Source: Trypanosoma brucei (taxonomy: Eukaryota). Taken from it: 64,000 nt of DNA. The notes under the pieces are model-generated. The model had not been told where the DNA came from and did no database searches. It was given only the letters and a program-made list of their open reading frames with translations. The DNA is taken from positions 4,192,001 through 4,256,000 of the forward strand of contig CH464491.1 in NCBI GenBank assembly GCA_000002445.1, in the 5' to 3' direction. A program made the translations under genes and the position numbers. The stretch's first letter is position 1, and each line of letters starts with the position of its first letter. This document shows, in pieces, positions 1 to 12,800 of this stretch.

Positions 1-743
1 TGGCATTACTTTGTAGAGGCCTCCACACAAAAGAGGGGGTGAATTGGGAAGAAAAAAAAACAAGAGCATCAGGGGGAAAAAAAAATTATTACCACATTCA
101 AAAACGATAACAGAAAAATGTCACCATGTAGTTGACCAGTACTTACCTTCCCACATATCTCTCCTACCTCCTCCATACTCATACGTTGAAGCACTCACAG
201 CGCATTGTCAAAAGGAAGAGCAAAAAAAAAAGAAAAATAAAAAAACTCTCCCCTAAGCAGCCACAAAGGGAAGCGGAGAAAAGATGTCAATAATCAGCCT
301 CAGAACGTGGCATCAGAAACAGTAATGTGCACGCCAGAGCGCTGTTTTTTTTTTCCCCTCGTGCGTGACCTCACAGCAACCAAAGTGAGAGGGAAAAGAC
401 ATCGAAAGAAGCAAGGAAAAGGGGGAAAAAACTAAAACTAAAGATCCTAGCGTCGTACGACACGCAGGTTTGCGTTTACTTATATAGGCAAGAAAATACA
501 GAGGAAGGGTAAAGGAAAAAAAAAAACTGCTACCGTCATTCCCGAAAGGTTAAATATGCTTTTCGGACACTCGTTAAACAAAAAGTAAACAACGTTAGCG
601 GCCCGTTGACTGTCGGGCGAACTAGCGCACCTCCCACATATACTTTTACACTTCTTTAATATGGTACCTTTCTCCCCCTCCTCCCCCCCCCCAACAAGTG
701 CCTGAGTGATGCGGCCACATCCCCTACCTCGTCCATATGATTC

Positions 744-2336
744 TTACTTCCACCGCTCCTTCGCTCCATAACCACTTATACTCTTCACAGTGCCAATAGT
801 GCTTGTGAGGAGCTCCTGGAATTTTGGTGCAGAAATACGGTACAAGGCAGCAGCACCATCCTCAGCCAGCCCAAAAAGCCGGTGTGGCCCCTTGTAGAGC
901 GCGTTTGCCCATAGCGACAAAACCGTTGTGCTGGGTGAGTAGCTTTCCTCGGGTAAAACTACGTAAAAGGGAGGCATTCCATCCGTAAGAGTCCCTTTGC
1001 CGTTCTTGCAATACAACGGTAGCGATAAGCATGGATCTTTAGGGCTGTTACCTTCCCGCTCGTGGCACGAGGGCGGTGGAGGAGGGGGAATAGAGTTCAC
1101 ATAACGGCGGTGCTCACAGCATACCGTGTAACAGCCCTCGCAGACACGAACCCAATTCCTGGATGATTCTAGACAACCTGCCCTATCTGGCAGCTTCCCC
1201 AAGAAGGAAGAGCAGTCGTGGCAGTAAATAAGGCCACATCGGCGGCAGTGATGACGTCTCACAAGGTGTGTAAAAGAACGGCTGCAAGCATTGCAGGAAG
1301 TAACTGATTCATCCCGCTCCCACGGCTGCACCCGAAAGGGGTCGCCAGCGTGGTCGGCAATAGCCTGGCGGTGAAGCTGCCGCATTAACACAAGCAAGTG
1401 CACCAAATCCCCCCGTATCTCCTCATTCCGCTTCACGTAGCGTCGAACTCGGTCGTCACGCCCCTCTACTGCCTCGCGAACACTACCCAGTACCTCCCTT
1501 GTAGCAATCTCCCTCGCCCTCTCTGCTACACGATCTACCAGCAACTGCAAACGCACCTTGTCTCGTACATACGAATCGAAATCCCCCCCAATATGCGGAG
1601 AGGAGGACAATCCCTCACGCGTGATTTCGGGTACGGGAGCGGCAATATGTGTGGAGTCAGTGGAAGGGTTCGAGCCGAAGTCGGGCTCAAGTGGCGCACT
1701 ATCCTTTTGATGGTCAAAGGTGTACACGCCACCATCAGTCGCGCCTCCCATATCTGGCCTCCACTCACAAGAATGCGTAAGCTCCACTATACCCCCAAAG
1801 TAAAGGATGTTTTCATCAGCTTTTTGATGCACACTACAATCACCGCCCGCTCGCCTAATGCTTTCTACTTCCTCCCCAGATTGTGTGGGGTCAACATTTC
1901 CCGAAGGAGAACACCCAGAACCCTTATTTATCAGCACAAAACCAGCGTCATTTCCACTTCGATATTGTTCCTCATATTGTGCGCGCCGTTCGGACGCCAA
2001 ATTTGCTACTGCAGCATCAATTTCTGCATCACTAATATCAGCCAACAAATCCAACCATTCGTTTCCATCTGCGGAGTCAACACCCTCTCTAGGTATACAT
2101 CTTTCGTCTGCGTGCCCCGAGCCACCGCATAGATACCTCTCGTAGACTCCACTCAAGCTCTCCAGCCCAGTTCCTGAACTCACGTTTGTGCTCAACACAT
2201 CTCCCTGTGCATCAGGCATACAAGCAGCCGGTAATAAATCCACATGGCCGCCCTCCACCTTGCGCATAAGGGCAGTGGCAGCCTCTCGTATCATCTCCAC
2301 GGTGACACCCCTGTCCGCACCGCGCAACATCGCCAT
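744..2336 (-). CDS. FYVE zinc-finger domain protein (530 aa)
   Basis: C-terminal half carries a complete FYVE signature: W..D....C..C...F....RRHHCRRCG..YC..CS ... RVCEGCY. Long uninterrupted ORF. A purine-rich tract immediately upstream on the plus strand is a polypyrimidine tract on the minus strand, as expected for a trans-spliced minus-strand gene. Confidence 0.8.
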   Translation of the reverse strand: MAMLRGADRGVTVEMIREAATALMRKVEGGHVDLLPAACMPDAQGDVLSTNVSSGTGLESLSGVYERYLCGGSGHADERCIPREGVDSADGNEWLDLLADISDAEIDAAVANLASERRAQYEEQYRSGNDAGFVLINKGSGCSPSGNVDPTQSGEEVESIRRAGGDCSVHQKADENILYFGGIVELTHSCEWRPDMGGATDGGVYTFDHQKDSAPLEPDFGSNPSTDSTHIAAPVPEITREGLSSSPHIGGDFDSYVRDKVRLQLLVDRVAERAREIATREVLGSVREAVEGRDDRVRRYVKRNEEIRGDLVHLLVLMRQLHRQAIADHAGDPFRVQPWERDESVTSCNACSRSFTHLVRRHHCRRCGLIYCHDCSSFLGKLPDRAGCLESSRNWVRVCEGCYTVCCEHRRYVNSIPPPPPPSCHEREGNSPKDPCLSLPLYCKNGKGTLTDGMPPFYVVLPEESYSPSTTVLSLWANALYKGPHRLFGLAEDGAAALYRISAPKFQELLTSTIGTVKSISGYGAKERWK

Positions 2337-2339
2337 GTT

Positions 2340-2660
2340 AATCCCCCTCTCACCTGTGTTATCTACGTTAGCGCAAGCAAACGTATACTAAGGTAAACAA
2401 GAACAACCCGAAGAGAAAGAATAACTATAACTGGTCACTGTCAAAGTTGAAGGAAGGCAGAATGAGCACAAAGAAAAAGGAAGAGAAAGGTAACGAAACG
2501 TAAAGGCAGTTACACCACCCAGAACAGGCAACGGCTGAACAATGGGCAATGAGAGAATAACACAGGAATTTCCCAACGCGCAGCAGCGGACTTCATTGAG
2601 TGGGAGACGTAGAAAAAAAAAAAAGAAAAAAGGCGGCATCGTTCCTCCACTGTAAGTGAA
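2340..2660 (-). promoter_or_regulatory. Polypyrimidine-rich tract (minus strand) upstream of the FYVE gene; candidate trans-splice acceptor / processing region
   Basis: Plus strand is strongly A/G-rich here (gaagagaaagaa..., aaagaaaaaggaagagaaagg...), which is C/T-rich on the minus strand just 5' of the minus-strand ORF start at 2336. Kinetoplastid mRNA processing uses such tracts. Confidence 0.45.
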
Positions 2661-2799
2661 ATGAAACTATGGAAAACACTCACCGTAGTGACGACGTCCA
2701 CCATCAAATGGGTCCGTCATTAACCTCCCCACTCCAAGTGGTTATCCCCACACACTCACATCTTGTTCAAGGCAAAAAACAGCTAAGAGTTTGGCAACT

Positions 2800-3801
2800 T
2801 CACTTAGAAGCGGCGCAGTAGGGACACATTCTGATGGCCCCCACCTCCTCATGTGGGTGACGCACCAAGGTTGCCAAACAAGCGGAGCAAAGCCACGCCA
2901 AATAACTCACGTTCTCCCCACTTGCAACGCCGGTTTGCGCGGGATCCTGAGGTAAGCAGGCAGGTGGCACCACGTAGCGCTCAACAAGAAGCTCCCGCTG
3001 CCGACGACTATTTGTAGCGCTGTCCATCTCCCGTTGGCCGTTCCGCCTAACAGCCAACTCCATCAAGTAGCCCACATGTGACAGTGCGAACTGAGGCGCC
3101 CAAATCCCTCCCGTAGTATTCGCAAGAGCCTGAAGACGCAACCCAAGTGCGCTAGAAACAACCGCCGGCCCGAAGACATGAACAGCAGTACGGAGTCTCG
3201 TAGCAGCTGTAACAGCTGCTGAGAAAGGACACTCTTCCGAGAAGGATAATGGCCGCGTGTCGCACACACCGCTAAATATAATCATCGCCACACCAGCAGG
3301 GACGAATGCGTCGCACACCTCTGCACCACACTCATCGAAACTCTCGCTAGGACACGTGGAATATGACCGAAGAAAGCAGCATGCAGCCAGTATGGCTCCA
3401 GCAAGACAGCGCCACACGCCCACAGGCTCGGCATCTTGTTTATCACTCACACGGATATCACCACACTGTAGAATCGCCCGCTGCAAATTCACCACCGAAC
3501 GGCCACTGAACCTGGGAGAAGCACGGTCACTGCCATCAGCTTCGTTAACGTTGCCGCTGTACTGCATCACAGCATCCTCTACAAACGAGTCGTACCGATT
3601 GTCGCTAACAGTCGACGTGTACGCATACCGCACACCTTCAACAGGGTTCGCGCGAATGACAGCTACCGTCGGAACGAAATCTGAAGAACATCCACGGACC
3701 GAACTGAAAAGTGCGGAGGCACAATGAGCTGCCTGAGAGAGAAGCGCAGAATCACACGAAACACCAGATGAATGCAGGATGAAAATATAGGATGGCATCA
3801 A
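2800..3801 (-). CDS. Hypothetical protein (333 aa) with C-terminal Cys-rich motif (CSAC...H.H....CPYC)
   Basis: Long minus-strand ORF with the same orientation as the PTU and the sequence complexity of a real protein. No recognisable catalytic domain. The C-terminal C-x2-C ... C-x2-C spacing suggests a small zinc-binding module. Confidence 0.5.
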   Translation of the reverse strand: MMPSYIFILHSSGVSCDSALLSQAAHCASALFSSVRGCSSDFVPTVAVIRANPVEGVRYAYTSTVSDNRYDSFVEDAVMQYSGNVNEADGSDRASPRFSGRSVVNLQRAILQCGDIRVSDKQDAEPVGVWRCLAGAILAACCFLRSYSTCPSESFDECGAEVCDAFVPAGVAMIIFSGVCDTRPLSFSEECPFSAAVTAATRLRTAVHVFGPAVVSSALGLRLQALANTTGGIWAPQFALSHVGYLMELAVRRNGQREMDSATNSRRQRELLVERYVVPPACLPQDPAQTGVASGENVSYLAWLCSACLATLVRHPHEEVGAIRMCPYCAASK

Positions 3802-4259
3802 TCTTGAAAGAGAGGCCAGATCACCGCAGCCCTTTGTCCAAAAAAAAAAAACTCACGATGTTTTTAATCACCCCCAGACACGATGGTGCCACGCCGTCGT
3901 CACTTCAGCTATCAATATACCTTCCCTGCCACTTACGCTCCGCACTACCGGCAGCACGGTCACACACAAAGCAAAAATGTTTAAAGGTGCGGATATATAC
4001 AAGAAAAGGTTAGAGACTGGATGTCACAAGAAAAAATAATTTGAGCGGTCACGCTCACCGAATACCCTCGCCGTTTATGTTATCCCTACAGACACCCAAG
4101 GGACTTTGTAACCCCATACCCAGAAATACATATAACAAAATATGGATATATGAAATTCAAAGGATTTTTCCGCCTTCAAATGTAACTGGGAAGAAATATG
4201 AGCGGGGTAACCTTTTTGTCGCATGTCTCCGTACCAAGTTTTGGGCAAATTAGCACACG

Positions 4260-5141
4260 CTACATGATGCTTTCACTGCGGCCCTCCAGCAACTTCACAG
4301 CGCGGGCAAATATTTGTTCCTTGATGTCGTTGACGGTACACACCGTACTGTAGTCGTCTATCGCCTCCTTTAGCTTCTCCGGGCTCTCGCACTCCATTGC
4401 CTCGATAATGGCTGTGATGAGCATATGCTCACGTGTGTACTCATTAAACTGTGGGTCAAGCTCTTGGTATTCAGTGAAGCGCTCTCGCACCGACTCCACG
4501 CCTACAGAAACGTTTTCGCTTGTCAATGTGGATAATTGCGATAACAGCGCCATGAAAAACAAATTCCTTGCGCCCAGTCGTGCTGCACGGTCGTCGAGTG
4601 CCTTGCGTGCCAGTCGGTCGTACATCATGAGTGCTCCTTCATAGTTCCCCCCCTTTATCATCTGCTCCGCCATCGACTTCAATACGTCAGCCGCCATTGT
4701 GTGTGATCCCTGAGCCTCGTAATATTTGGTAGCCCGATCCAGCCACTCCACCGCACGTTCATTAGAACCGAGGAGTTCGCTAAGGCTCAAGCATGCCTTT
4801 GCTGCCTTGACGTTTTGTCGCTTCCTGTCGTAGGTATCAACGATTTGCTCGTACAAGCGCGTGGCAGCTTTCACATCACCAGCCTTCGCATGACACCGGG
4901 CCGCTTCCTCGAGATCCACGATAAAGTCCACCTCGTTTTTATCTTTCTTGCATAACTCAGCCGCTCGCTCAAATACACGCGCAGCATTTGCAAAGTCACC
5001 GGCCGCCTTGTACTGTGTGCCCGCGGAAACAAGCTTTTCGTGGGCCTTCTCGTAGTTGCTGCCAGATCCCAAAAAGGAAAGCCAGCCCTTGTGGAGCAAC
5101 TTTTCCGCCTCCGCCACCAACTGTTCCGGGGGTTTAGACAT
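4260..5141 (-). CDS. Alpha/gamma-SNAP-like protein (soluble NSF attachment protein family), 293 aa
   Basis: Size (~290 aa) and an all-helical TPR-like repeat pattern (AEKLL..., YEKA.E.Y..AG.F..AA..FE.AA, repeated A/E/K-rich helices) fit the SNAP/Sec17 family. Assignment is by remembered family features, not a database search. Confidence 0.65.
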   Translation of the reverse strand: MSKPPEQLVAEAEKLLHKGWLSFLGSGSNYEKAHEKLVSAGTQYKAAGDFANAARVFERAAELCKKDKNEVDFIVDLEEAARCHAKAGDVKAATRLYEQIVDTYDRKRQNVKAAKACLSLSELLGSNERAVEWLDRATKYYEAQGSHTMAADVLKSMAEQMIKGGNYEGALMMYDRLARKALDDRAARLGARNLFFMALLSQLSTLTSENVSVGVESVRERFTEYQELDPQFNEYTREHMLITAIIEAMECESPEKLKEAIDDYSTVCTVNDIKEQIFARAVKLLEGRSESIM

Positions 5142-5272
5142 GTACAGAAAAGGATGACTTCTCCTGATTGCAGCTTCAGCAGTATCAGATATTATGTCGA
5201 ACCCTTGTGTTCTTTATCCCTGAAAGGTTTCTCTTATCAGCCCCCTCACACTTCCCTTAATATACTTATGGG

Positions 5273-5297
5273 TATATATATATATATATATATATAT
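5273..5297. repeat. (TA)n microsatellite
   Basis: tatatatatatatatatatatatat read directly in the sequence. Confidence 0.95.
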
Positions 5298-5923
5298 GTA
5301 CAAGCTCAATAAATCAACTTATGATAGGAGAAACGCTATTATCCAATCACCTTGCTTATATACTTATTTCCCTCTCCCTACTTTTGGTACTACTCGAGGA
5401 TTAGTTCCTCCTCTCGCCGCAGAGCAATGCCTTCGAAAGTGGCCCGCAGAGACTCTTTCAGCACGTTACAACTAAAAGAAAGGGTGAGCAAACAAAAAAA
5501 AAGAGTAACGGGGAAAAAGAGAAAACAAAAAAATTATTAAGAGGACAAAGCGATGAGTACCCGAATAATAAGAATATCTTAGGGAAACTTTGTGGTCCGC
5601 AAAAGACTCGCAACTTACGGAACGCACGACAAACTGCTCCTTTTCCCCATGGGGGAGCTCACAACCACACGCAACCCCCGAGAACATAATACACATGTGA
5701 CCCGAGAAGGGAACAGCAGCATAAATCGTGTGCTTCATACGTAAGCGTTATGCATACAAGAGCTTTTGAACATCCAGACTCAATATACATAGCAGGTAAC
5801 AAGTGATAATAAAGGCAGAGAAAGAAATGAAGAAGGGACCGTAATGGTTTGCAGACAGCCCCTCCCTCCTTCACGCACCCTTTTCCGCAGCAGCCATGAC
5901 ATTAAAAAAAAAAAAAACTTTCC

Positions 5924-5968
5924 CACACACACACACACAAACACACACAGAGAGAGAGAGAGAGAGAC
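5924..5968. repeat. Compound (CA)n(GA)n microsatellite
   Basis: cacacacacacacaaacacacacagagagagagagagagag read directly in the sequence. Confidence 0.95.
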
Positions 5969-6986
5969 ACTGACACAACAGAACCACGCCGACTCATGGA
6001 CACTGTTGCAGGCAGTGAAGGCGCACACACAAAAAAAAATGTACGTGGGACGCGACTTTTTCCTCCTCTGTGCTCTGTTGTTGTTGTTGCCTTTTCACTC
6101 CACTCTGTAATCGTCTACATTTCGTTCATCCTCCCCCCCCCGCTCCCTTTTTTTCCCCGCCAGGACAGTTCGCGAAGAATTGGAAGAAGAGAGCAATAGG
6201 GACCTCAGCTCACAGCTGCAGATTTGTGCAATGAAGCAAACAAACAAAATAGAGCCCCATGTACAACCGCAGGAGGTGGGGAGTCAATGATCAAGAAGAA
6301 AAAGTGAGGCAGCGGAGGTAACGACACACTTCAGTGAGCGCAGAGAAAATAATGAAAGACTGAGATGAAGTACAGGAGAAAAAAGAAAAGTTCGGACGCA
6401 CTACCTGAAAAGGGCATATTCCACCTGGCGTCACCATATAAGAAGCAGTCCACATACCTGCTACTGGTCACTCTTCTCCTTCCCCCTCAATTATTATTAC
6501 TCTCCCCTCGATACTTTTCTTATCTTATCCTTCTCACTCTTTTTCTTTTTTTTTTAATTTTCTCCCTTGCATTTTCTTTGATTGCTGCCTCAATTTCCTT
6601 TACATTCTCTTCCTTATAAAGCGGATAAAATCATTTTGCTGTGGGTGGATTCGTAGTCCGCTTAAACGCAGCGTGATTTCAAAGTTTCTTTCTCTCTTCT
6701 TCCTCTCCCAGGGGATAAAAAGAAATATGAGTACGAAGCGCCCAACAGGAAAAAGACACATAAACGCATACACATAACGCACAAAACACAGCGGCTGAGG
6801 CAGCGAATCACACACCTTGACGGTTATTCGTGCCCGCAGCAAACAGCTGGACGGATAAAGGGGAAGAGAACGTAAACAGAGTACAGAAAAGTAAAAGGTC
6901 AACATCACGGAGGCACAAAAGGGTAGGATCACCGAGACCTGTCGTACAGGTGGGTACGTTTTTTTTTTTGAAAAACTGACATGGCT

Positions 6987-8891
6987 TTACTTTCTGCGGA
7001 GTATAGGCGGAGCATCGGCAAACTGATCCTTCAGGTCACGCTTTCGGCGCTGTCCCTTTTCTTCACGCAGCCGCTTTGAAAGTAGACGCTGCTGCATCTG
7101 CTGTCGCAACTCCTCATGCGAGACGACGGGATCACCGTCATGGTCATCCTTCCCCTCAACACTTTCGTCCCCGTACAGTTGAGCGCTTGGAAGGACTGAA
7201 CAACGGACAAACTTCGCTGCAGTGCCGTCCTTTCTTACAGGCAAGTTCAGTACGGGACTAAAGTCTGCTGTTCCCTCAACCAATGCCTGTAATAGACGGA
7301 CGTCCACTTTACTACCAGAACTACCTTCACCGCCCTCCTCCTTAACCGCACTCACAATGCCCCTAGTGTTTTCCGCCCCACCGGCCGCCGCCGCGTTTCC
7401 GCCTCTGTCCCCATCGGTTTCCTTCTCCTTACCAGGGAGATAAGTCTGATCATCGCCCGCGCCAATCGGCAAAGTCCGCTTGGAACCATCCGCCCCTTCT
7501 TCTGCGGCCTTTTGTTCTTGTAGCATCGCCTCCGTTCGTTTATATAGCTGGTAAGTGCACAATATCCTCGTAGCTCGTTCCTCTATAAGGCCAAGAAACT
7601 TCAACTGAGTGGATTCCGTACAGTGGTCCGATCCGACCAGGCGTCGGGCTTCCTCCGCTGAGCATCCAATCCGCTTGAAAACACCCTCTGTGGTCTCGCG
7701 AATCCTGGCGAGAACCTCTTTGTGAACTTCAGCAGAGCGATTAAGACGATCTAGCATGAGCTCTGTCTCGGCCAGACGATCTTCGTATTCCTTGATGAGG
7801 CGGCGCTGCTGAACGTCATGCTCGTGTTCTTCCGCGATTACCTTCTTCAGCGTGTGTATATCCCGTTCCATCTCCTCTCGACTGGTAGTTAGTTCGTTGA
7901 TACGCTTGTAAAGGGAGAAGTTACTCTCACCAACAACCTGGTAAGTCTGAGCCAGCTTTTGCAAATCACCATCTGGAGCGAACATGGACAGTTGCGCGGG
8001 AATGTCCATAATCTCTGATCCCACCTCAGCGGAAGACATACCATCGGAAGCATCCTCTCCATCTTCCGTAAATGGGGTAGGGGCATGAGTGTTTGCAACA
8101 GGGAGGTTTTTGCCCACGCCGCTGTGATCTACCGTAGGGTTTGGCATGTAGGAACGCGCCTCAAATTCAATTTGCCGCCGGTGGAGTTCATCTCGCATTC
8201 TGTTGATGTCGATCATGCATACATCCAAGTTACGCACAGCGGTGTCATATTCCTCCTTCTGCTCGCTAAGCGCTGTTCTAAGCTGCTCCACCTGCTGCAG
8301 GTAGCCGTCTCGTTCATCCAGGTCGTGGTTTGACTGTTCAATCCGTTCCGACATGATTTTTTTCTTAGATCTCAGATCGTCCTCCATCTTCTTGTGTACA
8401 CGTTGAAAAACGCGCCGTTCCCCGCGAATTATATCGATGTGATCGCGCAGCTCTTTGTTATAGGAAACAGCGTCGTTAAACCTCGCGAGCGCTTGATCTA
8501 GGCGGTTTTCTAGTATCTCCAGCTGGCGTTGTACCGCTCGAACATTTTCTTGCTCTGCGTTCACACCCCCCTTTAGCTTGGAACCCTGCATAAGGTCAAT
8601 GCGAGCTAGCTGATACTGCTTGGTAAGCTCGTTCAAATGCATCTTTTCAAATTGATACCGCTGCTCCAGTGAGTCCACCTCAGTTTTTAGGGCTGCATAT
8701 TTATCCGCTTTAACATAATCATACTGCTCCCCGGAGGCAACAGCTATTTCCTTCTTCAACCTTTCATTCTCGCTAGTCAGTTTCTGCACCGCCTCTTGCT
8801 GACGCATAATTTCATCCTGGGCAGCAACAATGTTACTCGCCATCAGGCAACGGCGCTCATCCATGTCTTTTAACAGCTGGCTCGGAGGCAT
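6987..8891 (-). CDS. Coiled-coil protein (634 aa), function unknown
   Basis: Central two-thirds is heptad-like and E/K/R/L/Q-rich (e.g. LENRLDQALARFNDAVSYNKELRDHIDIIRGERR, LKKEIAVASGEQYDY). Long ORF on the PTU strand. No enzymatic motif. Confidence 0.6.
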   Translation of the reverse strand: MPPSQLLKDMDERRCLMASNIVAAQDEIMRQQEAVQKLTSENERLKKEIAVASGEQYDYVKADKYAALKTEVDSLEQRYQFEKMHLNELTKQYQLARIDLMQGSKLKGGVNAEQENVRAVQRQLEILENRLDQALARFNDAVSYNKELRDHIDIIRGERRVFQRVHKKMEDDLRSKKKIMSERIEQSNHDLDERDGYLQQVEQLRTALSEQKEEYDTAVRNLDVCMIDINRMRDELHRRQIEFEARSYMPNPTVDHSGVGKNLPVANTHAPTPFTEDGEDASDGMSSAEVGSEIMDIPAQLSMFAPDGDLQKLAQTYQVVGESNFSLYKRINELTTSREEMERDIHTLKKVIAEEHEHDVQQRRLIKEYEDRLAETELMLDRLNRSAEVHKEVLARIRETTEGVFKRIGCSAEEARRLVGSDHCTESTQLKFLGLIEERATRILCTYQLYKRTEAMLQEQKAAEEGADGSKRTLPIGAGDDQTYLPGKEKETDGDRGGNAAAAGGAENTRGIVSAVKEEGGEGSSGSKVDVRLLQALVEGTADFSPVLNLPVRKDGTAAKFVRCSVLPSAQLYGDESVEGKDDHDGDPVVSHEELRQQMQQRLLSKRLREEKGQRRKRDLKDQFADAPPILRRK

Positions 8892-9873
8892 AGCGTAACG
8901 GTCACAAGTTGTGTGTTTGATAGAGTTAAATAGCTCCTGTTCCTACTTCAACGAATAAAAAGGGAGGAAAACACGTGGGAAGGAAGAGGATGAAAACAAG
9001 TAGACGACGGCGAGCAGAGTAAACAACAGGGAAAGAACGTGGCATCATTCAATACGGGATATAGAATGTGCGCAAGACATTTAATTTGCTTCGTATTCTC
9101 TATCGCAACCTTGTCCAAAGATTGTGAAGGAGTAGCCGCATGCATCACCGTAACGAATATTCACTTGTGCACACCCATGAGCAGGAGAGCCACTTCGGAC
9201 GGCAGGGTTCGATTATAAACAGGTTCAGCGGATAAGGTGAAGCCTGGCAGCCTACAGCATCGCATCGTTGCCCGCATCTGCGCACAACGAACATACCGGA
9301 TTCGGTGGCACACACGCTTACTTATATTTATGTTCACAACTTCCCTCATTCACTGGCATAAACTTCCCCTAATATTTCTCCTCCACATATACACGCGTCC
9401 GCGCGCACCCGTTTCCTTTCAATCAGTTCATTCATTAAAGCTCCACCACCACCACCTTCCAACGCTTCATTCCCCGTCCCATCCACAGCGTCCTCCACCC
9501 GCCTGATGGTTATAGAATGAACACACAAATAATTACAGTGGTAACAAAGAAAATGGGGATAAAATAATAACAATAGCAACGGAAAAGAGGGGGGAAAGAA
9601 TTTTCCTCGTCAAAATGATATTTAAAAAAAAAAGACAAAAAGTTTTCGGGTGTATTCCACCACCACCACGCACACAAAGAACACACGAAGCACACCAATT
9701 GGGGAACTAATAAGAGGAGCTTTAGGGAAAGAAATTGAATGGCAGGCCCCGATGAGGAGGGGGCGTGAAATAAATAAGCATAAACAAGTAAGCAGACGAA
9801 TAATAACCGTGGAGCGCGCTGTTCATAGACAGCTGCCTACGCCCATGCTCCGGCTCATATCATGTCTCAGCCG

Positions 9874-12800
9874 TCAGCCCTCAACTAACTGCTCGTAGCA
9901 CAAAATATACGCATCTCCTGCAGCGGGCCATGCCCACGGCCCTTTGTCCCTGACCATCACACTAGAATCATCGCAGCAAAACCACTGTTTGGTGGCTTTG
10001 CTGAATCTCGCCGCTGTGTAGTGCCCATATGACAAACCCCCTCGGTGGAAGACAACGCCGACCAACTTGTACTTTGTGTGCTTTTCTGGCGATTCCTCGT
10101 CCATGAACTGTTTCATGTCCAGTTCTTCGCTAAACCTTACAAACGCAGTATCCTTTGTTACTCCACGTATGTCTAATTTGAACCGCTTGAGAGAAATAAT
10201 AAGACACGGTGGAAGACGGAATAGTCGTCTTTCCACGCGCCCATCACAGAAACCCCCACATTTACTGCAGTTTAAACTATTCTCCCCGGTGAGGATGTCG
10301 GACGAAAAAGTACTTTTCAGACACTCATGAACGTCAACCGCCTCCTTGTTAGTTCCATTGCAACTATAAAATGTGGGCTCACCTGGAAAAGGGCTGCTGC
10401 CCACCGAATGAAAGTTCGTGACACGGATCGCATCACTAAGTTGCATCATTTGATCATCGTACTGTATGACAACGCGGGAGTCCATCGAGAGAGTAAGTGG
10501 CAGATCGCCCGAATCAATCCAGTCGCGGCCGTCCCCAGTGTCTTCAAGATTGAGATAGTAGCCGTTATCCCCCATGGTGGAACAGAACCACACCCTGAGA
10601 TTTTTTTTCGGACCGCGCTGCAGATGTTTGTTTTCTCCACCATCCTGTTCAAGCGACGTACATTGGTCAACGCAGCCCAGTTTCCAGCTCAAAAAGTGAT
10701 CACCCAAATTGACACTTCGTTCGATAATGTAGGCCAGGGACGATTTTCTGTCACCCAAAGCATCAACCGACGAACACTCCACATGACAGAGCAGTGCATC
10801 GCGGGGGGACGAACTACCTTGGGGTTGAAGAAAGTACCAGATGTACACACACTGATCTTTCATCTCCCTTTGCTGCTGGAATTCATTGCACATTGGCTGC
10901 GCTTCTGCAAATTCCTCCGTACTGTTCCTGTTGGCTAGCGACGGCCCCGTCGGAAGAACACGCTTTTCCCCCGCCCCAAGCCCTGCACCCCTCCAAAGGA
11001 CTGCGGCGTGAAGTACGTGTCCCCCATCTGAAAAGCACGTGTGGGAATCCGCACATAGAACAGCCCGATAATCCCCAAGTGATTGTTTGTTGTCTTGTCC
11101 CTTCCCTTTAAGGGGCGCCTGAGCTTCGGGGCAGCCGACTGAGGTAGCCATGGAAGAAAAGAAATCCGTATTCGTAGAGTGTAGGCGTTCCCATATTTCC
11201 TTCTCGATATCCGACGCACGAACACGGTCGTCGGAACCGCAGGCCACCTTCACCTGCACTCGACGCACAAGCTCTCCCGGTAGAAGAACATCAACGTCAA
11301 ATACACGTCGGGTTGGTGGCGCTATAGTGGCAACTAACGTAGAGCCGTTGTCAAATACTGTACTCGTCCCCTTGCAATTGCAGCAAACGAAAAAGTGAAC
11401 TGACTGATGAGAAAAAAGTTGTGGAACAAAGCTTTGGTTGTTGGCCTTTGCATCCTCCCAAAAGCAATTCGCCAGCTTACTTTTGGGAATGTCCTTGTCA
11501 GTATCTAGGCGTTCCCTATAGCGCTTCCCGTACACGTGGTTCATTTCCTCATGTATGCGGTCAAGCAACACTTCAATAAACTCAACGGCATCCTGTTGCT
11601 CGTACGTATTGAAGCGTCTTTCCACGGACCCAATGGCCGTCTTCAAGGGGAGGGTCTTCGCAACTCTTCTCCCAGCGAGCATATCACGAAGAAGGTTGAC
11701 AAACTCACGTGTAATTGATAGATTGGCGTACTCTGAGAGACGAAGGGAGAAAAGTAAACGGCACACGGCCCCTAAACTTAACAGACATTGTAGAGCGCTG
11801 TTCATGTAACACGTGTTGCCAACGTTCGTTAGGCCACAAAAACCAGGTCCTGCAGGTGATGTCAGTCCCGCTGGGTGGCGAACAAGTAGCGACACTCGAA
11901 GAACTGGCCCACAATGGTCAGTGACCACTTCGGTAGAGCTACGAAAGTCACCAAGTAAATCTTCTACTGTCTTTCCATCCACAACTTCCACCAACCGAGA
12001 AGCCTGTAGCTCCTTACCGTGAACGTGGGTGACGCACATCTCAATAACATTGTCCGGGCGCGTAAGGCCGAAAAGCTCCATCCCATTCTCCCACCCGTAC
12101 TGGTGTTTATCCAGTAATTCACCTATAGCGCGCCGCGACACCTCCGACAACGACGCCCGCGGTAACACATCATCCAAGAGCAAAGAATCCACTCTCAGCT
12201 GGCCTTCTCGATCGGATCCCTCAAACGTGACGGCAATGGATACACGCTTCGGCTTCAGCAGCTCCATAATCTTACTCTTGTTACGAAATTTACCCATCAC
12301 TATGTATTTTGCCCCTCCACCAAACAGCGACCACAGGTAGTCAAACAGATCTTCAGGGATAACATCTACGCCACCGTCATCATACTGGACCATATGTTTG
12401 CTTGGATCCTCAGCAGTGACCCTCAACACACGCGAGATGTCAAAAGGACCTGGAGCACATGGGACGGGAGAATAATCCATCTGTGAGACTGGTGTAAGCG
12501 ACTGTGATGGGCATCGAAGTGGCAACAACGGCACCTCATCGCGATCTGTGAGCCACCGCAGGAGTTCGTCCATCCATTCAACGGGAAAGAGTATGCCCCT
12601 CCCCGATCCAGTCTCCTCCTCCCACCGATTGATTCGAGCTACCATATAGTAAACATGAAACGCTAGTTCTGCCTTATCGACCGTGGCATCATTCCAGACC
12701 AACTGCAGAGGGTGGCGCGAAGAGACCGCGAACACTAAATAAGGAAACGTGCTTAGCCCCCATCTGTTGACGTCTTGAAGAAGTAATGCCTTAAGCTCTT

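Noticed and set aside
1398-2132. Long plus-strand ORFs overlapping minus-strand genes (e.g. 1398-2132, 10327-10938, 20748-21221, 34205-35002, 48412-49290)
   Set aside because: They lie antisense to strongly supported genes (FYVE, USP, NDPK, Doa10) or cross simple repeats. Their translations are low-complexity or Ser/Thr/Pro/Arg-rich with no motifs. These are typical shadow ORFs in GC-skewed coding sequence.
2388-2707. Small minus-strand ORFs (83 aa, 65 aa) just upstream of the FYVE gene
   Set aside because: They sit in the purine/pyrimidine-rich processing tract and translate to poly-Phe/Leu/Ser low-complexity peptides. Intergenic.
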